NCBI RefSeq assembly: GCF_006345805.1
Contig: NC_043005.1
Coordinates: 77,004,001 to 77,068,000, forward strand
From: Octopus sinensis
Lineage: Eukaryota
DNA length: 64,000 bases
Direction of reading: 5' to 3'
Part shown: positions 12,772-29,975 of the stretch, piece by piece
How the letters are laid out: each line of letters begins with the position of its first letter
How positions within the stretch are numbered: the first letter of the stretch is position 1
Program-made: the position numbers and the translations under genes
The notes under the pieces: generated by a model
Told to the model about the DNA's origin: nothing
Database searches by the model: none
Seen by the model: the letters and a program-made list of their open reading frames with translations, nothing else

Positions 12772-12829
12772 ATTGAACTAAACTAGTTTCGCCTGTCAGA
12801 CATAGGCTCGTCAGTAGTGACTACTCAAT
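12772..12829 (-). ncRNA. Type I hammerhead ribozyme candidate
   Basis: Minus strand AUUGA-GUAGUC-ACUA-CUGACGA-GCCU-AUGUCUGAC-AGGC-GAA-ACUAGU-U-UAGU-UCAAU: intact core, 4-bp stem II, palindromic stem III, GUU cleavage triplet, bulged stem I. Confidence 0.75.
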
Positions 12830-12973
12830 CTCACGATGGCTAAATCGGACTGTCAGTATGTATATTTACCATATGAAGTTATGACTGATTTAGCGTAATG
12901 CTAATGTGTATATGAAAAATCAATATAAACAGCTAGGCATGATAACTGCTCATGGGACGGTTATCGCCCCTGT

Positions 12974-13073
12974 NNNNNNNNNNNNNNNNNNNNNNNNNNN
13001 NNNNNNNNNNNNNNNNNNNNNNNNNNNNNNNNNNNNNNNNNNNNNNNNNNNNNNNNNNNNNNNNNNNNNNNNN
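12974..13073. other. Assembly gap (100 N)
   Basis: Run of exactly 100 N; true length unknown. Confidence 1.
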
Positions 13074-13767
13074 CCTCTTGGATATTGCTTCAATCTTTTT
13101 GATCCAATTAAATATTAGCACTCCTTCGTATTTACATGTTTTTAATTGATGAATGCATATACGAATGAGATCTATTTTTTAAAAAATAGTCACGAAATGG
13201 CGAGGTTTTGGGATGCATAATAGAGGGAGAAAAAAAAAACAGAGATGAAAATAACCTGATGAGTAATACCAAATTTCTACGAAAATGTATATAATAAAGC
13301 CTGGGATATATGCTAATTACGTGGGATTTCTTTATCTTATTAAATGCAGTAGGAAATAATATATTAATAAAAAATATCCAGATTGGAAAGCTGTTGCTGT
13401 TACTTTAGTCTACTTATTTTTCTCTATCTCACTTCTCTCTCGTTCGTTCATTATATATATATATATGTGTGTGTTGTTGTGTGTGTGTGTAATCCATTTT
13501 TTCGGGATTAGTCAGAGCTAGAAAAGCGGCAGTTATGAAACTTTTATCCTGGAGCCGCCGAGAGTATGAGTGAAAGGGAGGGAGTTAACCAGAGACCGTA
13601 GACCTAATCTGAACGCTTCCAAGAGATTTTACTTCGAAAAGGTAACCGAGGATAATGTAGAAGGAGGTTCTAAACCGGGGTTCAAGTTAGTAGTAATTTA
13701 GCAGACCCGTGGTCAGAGTACCAAGTGGTCAATGGCTAGACTAATAACGTGAAGTGTATTCTTGTAT

Positions 13768-14146
13768 TCTTTTGTTTCAGTCATTTGATTGCGGCCATGC
13801 TGGAGCAGCGCCTTTAGTCGAACAAATCGTTCCCAGGACTTATTCTTTGTAAGCCTAGTATTTATTCTATCAGTCTTTTTTGCCGAACCACTAAGTTACG
13901 TAAATGCACTAAAATCTGTTGTCAAGCGAGGTTGAGGGGACAAAGACACACAAACATATACATACACATATATATACATACACGACGGGCTTCTTCCAGT
14001 TTCCGTCTACCAAATCCACTCACAAGGCTTTGGTCGGCCCGAGGCTATAGTAGAAGACACTTGCCCAAGTTACCATGCAGTAGGACTGAACCTGGAACCA
14101 TGTGATTGGTAAGCAAGCTACTTACCACAAGCTACTCTTGTGCCTA
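13768..14146 (-). mobile_element. SINE family B, near full length
   Basis: Both halves present with an internal TA/CA tract; homologous to 42113-42505. Confidence 0.85.
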
Positions 14147-14960
14147 TGTGGAAAGACAATAATGAGTTAAGCGTTAACTGGAAAAATTAGATGATGCAGC
14201 AGTTACACTAGACTGTTGCAAGAATATAAAGACAAAATCGACCTCGGCAGAATTTGAACTCGGAACGTAAAGACGGGCGGAATGCCGCAAAGCATATTGC
14301 CCGGAGTGCTGACGGTTCTGCCAACTGGCTGCCTTCGAGGATATAAAATATTAATGTAAAGCAGTTACTTGAGCGCATATCTTGTTATCTCATATACTCA
14401 CTCACACATATATAGTACACAAACACATACACACACACACACACATATATGCACACATACACACACACACAAAGAGTGAGAGAGAGATGTGTGTGAGTAT
14501 GCGAACACATAAACACGCATACACACTTGCACGTGAATAATACATTAATATGAGCGGAAAAGAAAGATTTATATTGCATTTTCGTGTCGCAAGAGGAGAC
14601 AAAGGGCGATGGAGAAAAGTAACAGCTGGGGGTGAAATGTTTGCCTGTATGCGCATGCGTACAGATTTTCTAAAGGTTTCAAGGCACAGTGGGTGTTAAG
14701 AAAACTTGCATGTATGAAATTAAGAGTGAAGAACACAGCTGGATGAAAAAAATATATGTTAATAAGGCATCTGGGAAACAGACAATAAAAATAAAATGGT
14801 AGTTATACTGTAAGAAAGAGAAAGGGAAGCGTATTTGTATATGTATATATATATATATTATATATATATATATATATATATGTATAATATATATTATGTA
14901 TATATATGTATGTATATTATAGGTATTATATATGTATATATATGTATATATATGTATATA

Positions 14961-15159
14961 TAATTATATTGTATAGAGGGCATTATACACATAAATGCCA
15001 CACGCTAGGGGGGACTCTTAAGTCATAACTACCAAATATAAACACATTGTACCAAATGCAACTCTCAAAGCGAGTCATTTAAAAACAGAATTTAGCTCCA
15101 TATCACCCCTCTAGCGTGTGGCATTTATGTGTAATAATGCCCTCTATACAATATAATTA
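14961..15159. mobile_element. MITE-like element with about 50-bp inverted repeats, TA tract on the left
   Basis: TAATTATATTGTATAGAGGGCATTATACACATAAATGCCACACGCTAG vs CTAGCGTGTGGCATTTATGTGTAATAATGCCCTCTATACAATATAATTA. Confidence 0.85.
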
Positions 15160-15313
15160 AATATTTTAAAAGAAAAAAAATTACAGTTTTTTTCTCTTAT
15201 GAGGTTTTTAACGCTAACTACTCGATAATTTCTTGTTAAGATTTCTTAAGATTTTATCCTATTTTTATAATATAATGTATATATGTATATATATATATGT
15301 ATAGATATATAAG

Positions 15314-15422
<109 letters not shown>

Positions 15423-16039
15423 TGTATAGATATAGATAATATACATACATACATGTGTGTGTGTGCGTCGTGAGTGCGTGTGTGTTTGTGTTTGTCCCCC
15501 TACCACTGTTTGAGGAACGGTTTTGGTTTGTCTACGTCACCCTAACATAGCGTTTCAGCAAAAGCGAGCAATAGAAAGTACCAATCTTTAAAAAGAATAA
15601 GCATCGGCGTCGATTTGTTCTACCACAATTCTTCAAGGCAGTGCTCCAGCATGATCGCAATTTAAAACACTGACACAAGTAAAAAGATAAACGAGAAAAG
15701 ACATCATTCGGGACAGATATGAGGGTGAAAAAAGAAGTATGGAGTCTTCCATATCGAACGTTTTTCACATTAAGGTGCAATTTACAGTCTAAGAATTCCC
15801 ATTGCTTTCCAGATATATTTCTTGATCTCATTAATGTTCTCCTGGTAATTTTTGATTATTAGATAGCCACTGATCACAACATGAATGTTAACTTACAAGA
15901 AATATTATTTAATCAAATAAATACTGTGTGTGTGTGTGCATATAAACTTAGATAAAACTTAGATATGTTTCGACCAAAGATTGGTCCAGGCCATGTCTAA
16001 CTTAATAGCACCACCTGATAGGATTATTCGAATCCTGTT

Positions 16040-16295
16040 TAAGTCAAGTTTTGTTTAAGTCAAGTTTTGTTCAAGTAGTGAGTTCTTGTTGGGTGAGTTG
16101 TATCCAGTTTTGTTCAAGTAGTGAGTTCTTGTTGGGTGAGTTGTATCCAATTATGGGTGGCTTACCTGGTATTCTTTGAAGGAATCTATCCAGACTCTGC
16201 TTAAAGTTGATGGGATCCTTTTCCTCTTTGATCTCCCTCGGGACAATGTTAAATAGGGCAGGGCCTGTTGAGGAAAAGAAATTATGTTGCAGTGT
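16040..16295 (-). mobile_element. CR1/L2-like LINE 3' end
   Basis: HNFFSSTGPALFNIVPREIK..FKQSLDRFLQRIP.KPP..GY resembles LINE ORF2 C-termini; a ~44-bp tandem duplication lies at the 3' end (about 16066-16150). Confidence 0.6.
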
Positions 16296-16513
16296 ACATG
16301 TATATATCTTTATTTTTTCACTTTTTTTCACTCATTTGACTGCAGCCAGGATTGTATTTAAAAGAATCGATCACAACATTTAATTTTTAAAGTCTGGTAC
16401 ATATTTTATCAATCTCTATATTACAAAGACTTAAACAAACCGACACCGGTTTTCACGCGATGGTCTCACACACACACATAGAAAATATGGTAGGTGGTTA
16501 CACGTGGTTGAAT

Positions 16514-16886
16514 ATATATGAAAAAAATATGATAAAATAAATCACTGAAGATTTGTTTTCCAAGACTAACGAACATATTAGAATCACAATACCAAAAGTA
16601 TTATAAAATATACAAAATGAGATTTTTTTTCTTCCAACATAATAACCGGTTTTCTTATCGCTTTCAAATTATGAGTTTTGGAATAATTTCTGAATTAGAG
16701 CAAACAAAATGTCTAATTCAGAAATTCGTCCAAAACTCATAATTTAAAAAGCAATAACCTGTTATTATGTTGGAAGAAAAAAAATCTTATTTTGCACAAT
16801 ATTCTATAATACTTTTACTATTATGATTCTGATATATTCTTTAGTTTTTTAAAGCAAATCTGTGTTTTCCCATCGTATTTCTTTCC

Positions 16887-16890
<4 letters not shown>
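16514..16890. repeat. Foldback palindrome, arms about 185 bp, diverged
   Basis: Centre near 16703; AAATTATGAGTTTTGGA..AATTTCTGAATTAGA mirrored by TCTAATTCAGAAATT..TCCAAAACTCATAATTT; CTTCCAACATAATAAC vs GTTATTATGTTGGAAG. Confidence 0.85.
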
Positions 16891-16939
<49 letters not shown>

Positions 16940-17185
16940 TGTATGTATGTATGCATGCATTATCCAATTAGAGGCAAATATGCCTCGTTAAGGGATGATA
17001 ATATCAAATGAACTTACTGGTTTTACCTATTTATTTTGAATATTCATTTTAATTTTCAAAAATAGTTAATTAAATAAACCGAGGTTTATATTTATTTAAG
17101 AAAAACAAGGAAACAGATAAATCAATATATTTATTAATTACAAAAATAGACATAATCCCTTATATATATATAGTTATCAAATAGA

Positions 17186-17333
17186 AAACTGGCACGCGTT
17201 TAATAAAAAACGATCAAAGAATTTATATTCAAGAAATATCCAATAAAGTTCATTCACTCTGTTATCTTTCTGGTCTTCCAGAGGGTTTAAAAAACAGTTT
17301 TGGTTACTTGATTAAACAGTAAACTGTGTCCTA
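17186..17333 (+). repeat. Unclassified dispersed repeat, second copy at 26667-26845
   Basis: Shared ATTTATATTCAAGAAATAT, AAAGTTCATTCACTCT and GTAAACTGTGTCC blocks in the same order. Confidence 0.65.
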
Positions 17334-17616
17334 CATATTTTATGAATTTGTATGTAATGAGTATCACTCTATATAGTTTCATTCAAGCTTAATGTTCAAA
17401 GCTCCGATGAAGCTATAGGCTGACACTCAAATACTCGACAGTGAATGCAATGCCGTAAGCTAATGAAGTTCATAACATAACTGTATATTCCTTTGTCATC
17501 CTAATTTCTTTTTACAGCTCTATATTTGAATTATGCTTCGTACTGAAGCATTTCTATATTGAGTTCTAACACCAGTTTCTTAGCATCGCAATACCTAAGC
17601 ATAATATTAAAGTGTG

Positions 17617-17668
<52 letters not shown>

Positions 17669-18280
17669 ACTATATATACATACACACCGTTTTCTTTCTA
17701 TCTGTTTGACTGTCTATCTGTCTCTCTCTCTCTCACCCTCTTTCTTCTTTACATTCTCTCTCTCGTTGCTCACACGTGACCATCATCCATCTTTCTTTTC
17801 CTCAACTGATGATCTTTCGTTTCCTTCACGGCTGTCGTAGAGACTGCGCGTATCCCATCTGTCACGCTCTTCTATTTTCCTCTTGTCAATGAAAATATTT
17901 CTCCAGCGTTCACTATTTTACTTTTTCGTCTGGTCTAACGACCCTCCTTGTTTGTTTTCGTTCGGTTTCCTTGTGTGCCCCCAGTGTTGTGTTTTTGTTA
18001 CCAACTTTGACCCTCCGCATATCCCAAATTTCACTCTGGTTTACTGGAGCAACTGCCCTTCGACGACTCATAAACTGATAAAGGGTCGTTCTTTATGTTA
18101 CTTGTCCTCTTTTCCATTTGTTTCTCTCATTGTTTATGTATTCAACTCTTTTACGGTTTGTGACATCATCTACCCATATATGCATATATATATATATGTG
18201 TGTATGTTTGTACATGTACATATATATGTATATGCATATATATATATTATATATATATATATATGTAGATGTAGTATGTA

Positions 18281-18341
<61 letters not shown>

Positions 18342-18437
18342 CATATATATATATGTATATATAGAGAGCGAGAGGGAAGGGGAGGGAAGGGAAAATTATG
18401 CGGATGATCTGAAGTCAATTTTGAGTCCTTTGAGTCC

Positions 18438-18530
18438 TACTGTTTTTTATACGGATAATCTCTGGATCTCATCTGTGGACTATCTCTCTATCTATCTGTA
18501 GGCAAGTATGATCTAGGGATGTATATACAT

Positions 18531-18597
<67 letters not shown>

Positions 18598-18715
18598 TAT
18601 ATATATATGTATGTATATATATATAGGTATGTATATACATCCTAGATCATACTTGCGTATAGAGATATAGAGATAGTCCACAGATGAGATCCAGATTTCC
18701 GTTATAAAAACAGTA
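18438..18715. repeat. Palindrome with about 90-bp arms around a TA core
   Basis: TCTGGATCTCATCTGTGGACTATCTCT..GCAAGTATGATCTAGG mirrored by CCTAGATCATACTTGC..AGAGATAGTCCACAGATGAGATCCAGA. Confidence 0.9.
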
Positions 18716-19274
18716 TATATCTACGTGTATGTATGTGTGTGTGTGGGTGTAAGCGATTTTCGCAGGATTCTTATGAAACTAAAATTGACTGGGAGTATCT
18801 TTGCAATATAAAATACATGTCTCATGGGTCGTTTGCACAGTCTAAATACAGCCACGAAGAAAGATAACTGCAGAACATAGACTAAACTAAGCATTTTGGA
18901 AAATAATGACAATTTTTCGACTAATAGCTGAGACATACTACATGTTTCAGTTTTAACAAATCATACCAGCGAAGCATATCGAGCTCAGCTAGCTAGGGTT
19001 TTGAAATTGGCTCGGGTTATACATAGCCATAGATATTTTTAGCGATACCCATAGAGATTCTCAACTATAGATAGAGCAAAGGAAAAAATACACCGAACAC
19101 GCCAGCGGGTGCTCAGCATAATGCATACATATATACATACATACACATACATACATACATACATACATACATACATACATACATACATACATAATACTTG
19201 CATACATACATACGTACGTATATGCATACATGCATACATACATACATACATACATACATACATACATACATACA

Positions 19275-19305
<31 letters not shown>

Positions 19306-19369
19306 GTGTGAATATACACGTCGTTTTTTCTAATGCTAGAACTCGAAGTACCTAACGCTATAAATCCTG

Positions 19370-19900
19370 TCTACTAGAGGCACAAGGCCGGGAATTCTGG
19401 GGAAAGGGCTAGTCGATTATATAGATTCCAGTGTATGACTGGTATTAATTTCATCTCTACCGAAAGGATGAAAGACAATGTTGACCTCGGCGGTATTTGC
19501 ACTCAGACTGGCGGCGAGCTGGCAGAAACGTTAGCACGCCGGGCGAAATGCTTAGCGGTATTTCGTCTGCGTTACGTTGTGAGTTCAAATTCCGCCTAGG
19601 TCGACTTTGCCTTTCATCTTTTCTGGGTCGATAAATTAAGTACCAGTTACGCACTGGGGTCGATGTAATCGACTTAATACCTATGTCTGTCCTTGTTTGT
19701 CCCCTCTATGTTTAGCCCCTTGTGGGCAATAAAGAAATAGGTATTTGCACTCAGAACGTACAGATGGCCAAAATGCTGCTAATCATTTTGTCCGGCGTGC
19801 TAACAGTTCTGCCAGCTCATAAATACCGGTATGTAGAATGTGGGACTGAAATAAACCTTGAGTGGAAAAAACCGAAGGCAGCCTTCATCTTTTATTTACC
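19370..19900. mobile_element. Head-to-head SINE family C copies (minus 19370-19500, plus 19510-19900)
   Basis: GGCGGCGAGCTGGCAGAAACGTTAGCACGCC at 19510; reverse-oriented degenerate copy to its left. Confidence 0.75.
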
Positions 19901-19977
19901 TCAAAAGATTTTAAAACCAATATTTTACATGCATTTATATCTTTACCTCTTTCGAACTCCAGTGTTTCTAATGCGTG

Positions 19978-20027
<50 letters not shown>

Positions 20028-20031
20028 GGAA

Positions 20032-20062
<31 letters not shown>

Positions 20063-20145
20063 GAGACAGAGACAAAGACAGAGAAAGAGAGAGATGTGGG
20101 AAGACGGAGATAGATAGATTATATAAACAAATTTATGTATATATA

Positions 20146-20212
<67 letters not shown>

Positions 20213-20223
20213 CATTTATGTGC

Positions 20224-23305
<3,082 letters not shown>

Positions 23306-23310
23306 CCCCC

Positions 23311-23362
<52 letters not shown>

Positions 23363-23382
23363 GTTTGTTTATGTGCGTGTGT

Positions 23383-23438
<56 letters not shown>

Positions 23439-23964
23439 CACACGCACATAAACAAACTTCATACACATATGCACATGCACATACACACATACATACATAC
23501 ATATATACACACATACATACATACATAATTATGTACTAAATTATAGTCCAGTAAACATTTGCTGAGTGGAACAAAAAATTAAGCTGTATTCATCTCATTC
23601 AACACCACTGTTTTACCTCGGTCTCTTGTTCTGTGTATTCATCGACCGGATCTGAAAATTATTAGTTTTATTGGTTTCTGATTTTGGTACAGCACCAGCA
23701 ATTTTGGGGGAAGCGGTAAGTCGATTACATCACCCCAGTGTTCGACCGCTGCTTCTTTTTTCGACTCCGAAATAATAAAAGGCTTGCTAATGATTGTCCG
23801 TCAAGCTAATGATTCTGTTAGGTCGCCGCCTTAAGTTATCATTTTTGTTGAATTTTAAATATAATAATTCATGTCTACATACATAAATAATTTTAAGAGC
23901 AGAGAATTGTCCAAATTTGGCATGTCAATAAGGAAAAGGTGAGTCTGATGGTCCCGAGAAAATA

Positions 23965-24529
23965 TTGGGTTGTCTGGAAAGTTCGTGCCGATTTATAGTA
24001 TCTTACCTTTCGACTTATTTTAGAACATGGTTGAGTCCATAAAATAGGATTCGACTACACCTCCATTTAGAGTACAGTTTAAGCTATCTTTTCGTGGAAG
24101 AAGGCTTATGTTCCTATAATTTGTGTTAATTCTGTAACCCTTTAAAATAGAAGATAAGAAAGTTTATTTTCGACAGTTGATGCTTTGGGAACCAACAAAT
24201 ATTGCTGCAGCTCGGCTGGGGTGTATTGACCCACCCTCCATATTCACCAGATATTGTTCCTTCGGATTTCCACATATTCAGATCTCTGCAGAATAGTCTT
24301 AATGGTAAAAATTTCAATTCCTTGGATGATGTAAAAAGATACCTTGATGAATTATTTGCCAAGAAACCACCTCAATTCTGGAAAGAGGGTATTTTCAAGT
24401 TAAAGGAAAGATGGAGACGCATTGTGCAACAAAGTGGTTAATATTTGGTTGATTAAAAATGTAATGGCAAGTATTTAGTGACCTTATTCTATCTTTTAAG
24501 AATCGGCACGAACTTTCCTGACAACACAA
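23965..24529 (+). mobile_element. Internally deleted mariner transposon
   Basis: 29-bp TIRs (TTGGGTTGTCTGGAAAGTTCGTGCCGATT / AATCGGCACGAACTTTCCTGACAACACAA, 2 mismatches), TA on both sides; 24202-24441 encodes HPPYSPDIVPSDFHIFRSL..KLKERW. Confidence 0.93.
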
Positions 24530-25057
24530 TACATAGCTACGGTTACGTGTTTATGCCTCAGCTCAACAGTTGCTGATATATGCATTTGTACTCAAATCTC
24601 CTCACACTTACACACAAACACACTTATATTGATGCATTCAGAATGATAGCGGAAGACGAGAAGACAGGAATTTTAATAACAAACTAATAAGATTATTCTA
24701 TTGTTCACTATTCTGATGACAGAAAATATTTAAAAGACAACGTTGAAGTTATTACAAAAATGTTTTAAATAATTATAGGCGGAGGCACAGCAGGGCGGCT
24801 AAGAAGCTTGTATATTTCAGCGTTGGCCATACTTTCTATAGAAACTCTGTAGAGATAATTTTAAAACATGATTGAATAGCACTGCTAACATATGTAGGTG
24901 GGGAAAGATAATTGGCTAAAGAAGCCTTTAATAAGCTTGCTAGTATATTATGATATCATTGCGAAATGTGGTGTCCCTACAGTAATTAATAACACACACA
25001 CACACACACACCTACCCAAATATATATACATAAACATATGCGTATATAAATATAGCC

Positions 25058-25088
<31 letters not shown>

Positions 25089-25219
25089 TATACTTATATA
25101 TATGCGTGTGTGGGGTGTATATAAGAAAGACCAATAAAATAAGCCCTGGGGTCGATATTTCTTCGACTAAAAATCCTTTAACGTGGTACTCCAGTATAAA
25201 GAATAAAAGAATAAAACAC

Positions 25220-25251
<32 letters not shown>

Positions 25252-25254
25252 ATA

Positions 25255-25640
25255 TGTGGTACATGCCCCTTCTTTTGGAGGGTACAGAGTTCCACTTTAA
25301 ACAAGGTGAAATATTTAAAATTAAATCAAATTTCAGCTGTGCCTCGGAAAACCTAATCTATGCCATTACCTGCTTAGGGGGTGGTAATCAATATATTGGC
25401 AAAACAGGAACATCACTCCGTCGATGAACCACTCTTTAAAAAGAACAAATCCGCCACCCACGCTACAGACAGACACAGGTCAGTGAACACATAGAAAGAT
25501 GTGCTACGAACCTTGATCATAACTTCCCAATTTTCCCCTTCTATCAATGTTCACAGAACACCTCAGTACAGCAAGGAATGAACAATGAAGCAACTTTCAT
25601 CAATAAATTCCATCAACAACTTAACATGAACACATAACAT
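25255..25640 (+). pseudogene. Penelope-like GIY-YIG endonuclease fragment
   Basis: CGTCP..GEIFKIKSNFSCASENLIYAITCLGGGNQYIGKTGTSLRR*..QVSEHIERC..FPIFPFY..EATFINKF..LN with stops. Confidence 0.85.
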
Positions 25641-26041
25641 AATACAGAACACTACTACTCCCATACATCCCATACACCGTTCGTCTTACAGTATTATATC
25701 TACTCTAACTGTACCACATCTAGAACTGCTTACCTCCTTACACATAATCTTTTTAATCAGGGACTAGTAGACCCAACACCGTTTGGTAATCGGTGTGAAT
25801 CCAAAGCCAGTGAACAGTAATTGACGAAACCAGTATAACATTGAATCCCTTTAACAATTCATAATAATGCCTTTTATTCCTCTCAATTCTACCTCAATTC
25901 ATCTAATTTTGTATATTTATCGTTACTTTTCATAAAAATGGCTTTATTTTTTTATATCTAATGTGCATTTTCGCATTTTTCTCTTTACTTACCCCATATC
26001 TCTTCCACGTGTAGTTTCTATTATCTGTTTGAAACGTATTT

Positions 26042-26087
<46 letters not shown>

Positions 26088-27747
26088 TGATATATGTAAG
26101 TCATTATTCAGTTTTATTTGAAGATTTCTTGCCAATAGAGAAAGAACCGGTTTCTAAACTAGATCCAAGGCTATTTCATTGCATGCTCCCACAGTCAAAT
26201 GACTGAATCAAGTAAAAGAATAAAACATCAACAGAGTATTTCTTCTCATGCATATACTTGCATATCTAGACGTGCTCATATATGATTAAATGATAAACTT
26301 CTGGAAAGTTTTACAATTCCACTAATGACTTGAATCTATAATTTTCGAATAAGCTTTCTCCTTTCTGGTTTTGAGCCTAATTTCTCAAAATTGGTATTTA
26401 GGCAATTTGTTACTTGTAATATTACCTGAACTTGTGATATATATGCATGTATGTACGTACGTACGTCTGTCTGTATGTACGTACGTCTGTATGTATGTAT
26501 TATGTATATACACAAAGACTCATCTATAACACTATAGTTTTTGTTTCTTTTCTTGAGAATAAATATGAATATCATGTTTAAGCGATTTCTGCCCTTTAGC
26601 ATTTTGAACTGCTACAAATTCGGTTCCATCAATAGCAAGTCCCATATTATTTTTTAATTTAGGTGGAAAAGTAGCACACGTCTAAATAAATTTCATCAAA
26701 ATATTTATATTCAAGAAATATTCAATAACATTCTAAAGTTCATTCACTCTAGTTTCAAGTGTGTATCTGTTAACGTCTTTCCAGTGCTCAAGAGGTTTTT
26801 AAAACATTTTTGGTAACATGACCAGACATAAAGTAAACTGTGTCCAGTTCAGGCGAATTGAGAATAAGTTTAAATGCGTTCATATTTGAATTCAAATTCG
26901 ACCTCGTTCTCAGCTCTCCTCTATATTAGTTTCAGTTGTCAGTAATATTATACGAATGTTATTTATGAAAAAAAAGCAAAACATTTCTTGAACTGTCTGC
27001 CTCAGTGATTTACGTAAATCGAATTTCTGTGTTTGTGTTTAGAGAAATATGTTTGTATCAGCAATATATCTATTTAGACAGTAAAGTATTTTTTTAATAT
27101 CTGAATACTTACAGATGAATCTTAAAGAGTCATCACATTATGCATTACTTAAACTGTCTAAAGAGTTGCAATGTAACCACAGAAACAATAGCAATCTTCA
27201 CAAATTCTGTGAACGGCAGCTTAGCAACAGTAATGCAAGCGTCAGAGAGAGATCATTCCTTACAGGCAAATGACTGCTATACAACACTCAACAGGAACCT
27301 GATGCACAAATATAATTAAAATCCACATGGAAATATTGCCATCTGCGTTTATACAATAAAAATTCAACAAGAAGCATCAGTAGATTTAAAACTGTACACT
27401 TCTATCTCTATATAGATGTATTTAATTTAAGCTGTTAATTAATATAGAGAGCTCAAACAGTAAGGCAGATGCATGGTAAATGTTAATGAAGTATATTTCA
27501 AATAAAAGTCTCAGGTTTTAAACTGTTAATTAAATTTACTCATTAGCTTAAACGTTCACGAGATACCAAATTCGAATCAATTTGCAAAATGAAGACAAAT
27601 GAGTAAAATACTTTGGCTATTCCACTTATGCTTCTTTTAGTCTTAATTCGAAAATTTTCATTTTCATTTTTAAGAACCAAGTGAAACGCATTAAAAATTA
27701 GGCTTAAGTTAGTGTTTACATTTATGTTTTAGCTGTTGAGTTTGAGT

Positions 27748-27960
27748 GGAGGCGCGTGGCTTAGTGGTTAGGGTGTCAGCACCATGATCATAAGATTGAG
27801 GTTTCGATTCCTGAACCGGGTGACGCGTTGTGTTCTTGAGCAAAACACTTCATTTCACGGTACTCCAGTCCACTCAGCAGGCAAAAATGAGCAACGCTGT
27901 GATGGACTGGCGTCCCGTCCTGCTGGGGAACACATACACCATAGAAACCGGGAAACCTTG
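27748..27960 (+). mobile_element. SINE family M, CCGTCC-type tail
   Basis: GGAGGCGCGTGGCTTAGTGGTTAGG head, B-box GGTTTCGATTCC, core TTGTGTTCTTGAGCAAAACACTTCATTTCAC resembling conserved CORE/Meta-type SINE domains. Confidence 0.85.
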
Positions 27961-28701
27961 GCTAGGCTTTAAAAGGGAGCGCTTATTTTTTTTTTTTTAT
28001 GTTGAGTTTGAAATAAGTGACAGAGTTGATGAGCCATGCGGGCCCTCCGAGTCCCTCTAAATTGTAAATTGGGCGTCTTCTTTTATTCCCTCGTGCTGAG
28101 CAAAGCCTTGCGAGTAGATTTGACCGAGAGAAACTGAAAGAAACCTGTCATATATGTGTTTGCGTCTGTGTGTGTATGTCCCACCCCTATCGACGACCGG
28201 TGATTGTTTATTTACGTCCTCATTACTTAGCGATTCGGCTAAGTAAAAGAAACCGGTACCTTAAGAACCAGGTTTTACAATAATAAGTACTGGAGTCGAT
28301 GCGTTCAGCTAAAATGCTTCATTGTTTAATTTATTGATATTCGAGGTTGTCTTTTATTCATTAGTGTTCTTGATTTTTCTTAATAATTCTCGTTGCTAAT
28401 AGAGGCGCTCCACTACAAAAACAAATGCAACAACTGCAATTCTATTGTTAACGCTCCACGTCATTCTGCTCTTTCTCCTCCTCCTCCTCCTTCTCCTTCT
28501 ACTACTACTACTACTACTACTAAGGGGACTAGTCGGTTACATCGACCCCGAAATGATGAAAAGCAAACTCGACCCAGGTGGAATTTGAACTCAGAACGTA
28601 GCGGCAGACGAAATACCGCTAACGATTCTGCCAGATAGCCGCCTTACAACAACAACAACAAGAGCAATAACAACAATAACAATAATAATAATTATAATAA
28701 T

Positions 28702-29008
28702 CATCGTCACCGTGACCGACCAGGCTATCAGATGTTGCTACAGATCGCTGGTCACAATGCGCTTCGCATTGTTTTAGCCTTCAAATGACGCCATCCCGCT
28801 GGCTAAGTGAGCTGGCCAACAGAAGAAAGAATGAGAGTAAGTTGTGGGGAAAGAGTACAGCAGGGATCGCCACTACCCCCTGCCGGAGCCTCATGGAGCT
28901 TTTAGGTGTTTTCGCTCAATAAACACTCACAACGCCCGGTCTGGGAATCGAAACCGCGATCCTACAACCGCGAGTCCGCTGCCCTAACCACTGGGCCATT
29001 GCGCCTCC
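28702..29008 (-). mobile_element. SINE family A, tail type 1
   Basis: Full reverse complement of the 9891 copy, flanked by AAT runs. Confidence 0.9.
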
Positions 29009-29010
29009 AC

Positions 29011-29063
<53 letters not shown>

Positions 29064-29349
29064 TATAACAACAACAACAACAACAACAACAATAATAATC
29101 ATTTCTGCTATAAGTACAAGGCCTAGAATTTTGGGGGCACGTACAAGTTGATTACATCGACCCTAGTGCGTAACTGGTACTCATTTCATGGACCCCGAAA
29201 GGGTGAAAGGCAACGTCGATCTCGGCGGAATTTAAACTCACAACGTAAAGACGGACGAAATGCCGCTAAGCATCTTGCCCGGCGTTATAACGATTCTGCC
29301 ATCTCGTCATAATAATGATAATAATAATAATAATAATAATAATAAATCG

Positions 29350-29975
29350 ACAACACTACCAAGAACGACAAATGCAGAATGTGTTGTGAGAGGAGTGAAA
29401 AGTTATGGCACATTGTTAGCGAAAGCCCGAAAATGGCACAACGCGAATACATAAGATGACAATGTGGCAAGAATGATCCATTGGGAGGTCTGTGGAAATC
29501 AAAGAAGAAAAAAAGGTTATAAGAAAAAAAGCCCAGACTGATTCAGTGCGACCAACTGACCAGACTTCGGAAACTGGGCATTGTTGTGATGAATAAAAAC
29601 GGAAGAACATGCATGATAATCGACATAGCCTGTCCCGGTGACAACAGGGTCAAAGTGAAAGAAGAAAACCTGAACAACTATGACAATTTGAAGTGGGAAA
29701 TATGAAGGTTGTGGTCAATGAGGAGAGTAGACGTGGTACCAATAGTAATTGGCGCACTTGGAAGTATCAGCGCGCAACTATCAACAAGGCTCAACAAGAT
29801 TGATACAAATGTAAAGGTAGACCACCTACAAAAGATCAACATTGCTTGGAACTGCATGAATTCTTCGTACGATTCTTGAAGCATGACCAGTAACCAAGTG
29901 TCATCTTAGCTTGCTGGATGTGGAAAGCTGTCACTCGCCATTATATCCAGGAAAATAAACTGTGAGTTTTCATAT
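29350..29975 (+). mobile_element. R4/Dong-clade LINE 3' fragment (zinc knuckle plus REL endonuclease)
   Basis: KCRMCCERSEKLWHIVS..NVARMIHWEVCG..CMIIDIACPGDNRVKVKEENLNNYDNLKWEI*RLWSMRRVDVVPIVIGALGS with frameshifts; TAA runs on both sides. Confidence 0.85.

Noticed and set aside
13256-13285. Second hammerhead (CTGATGA-GTA..TAC-GAAA)
   Set aside because: Only a 3-bp stem II and no plausible stems I or III.
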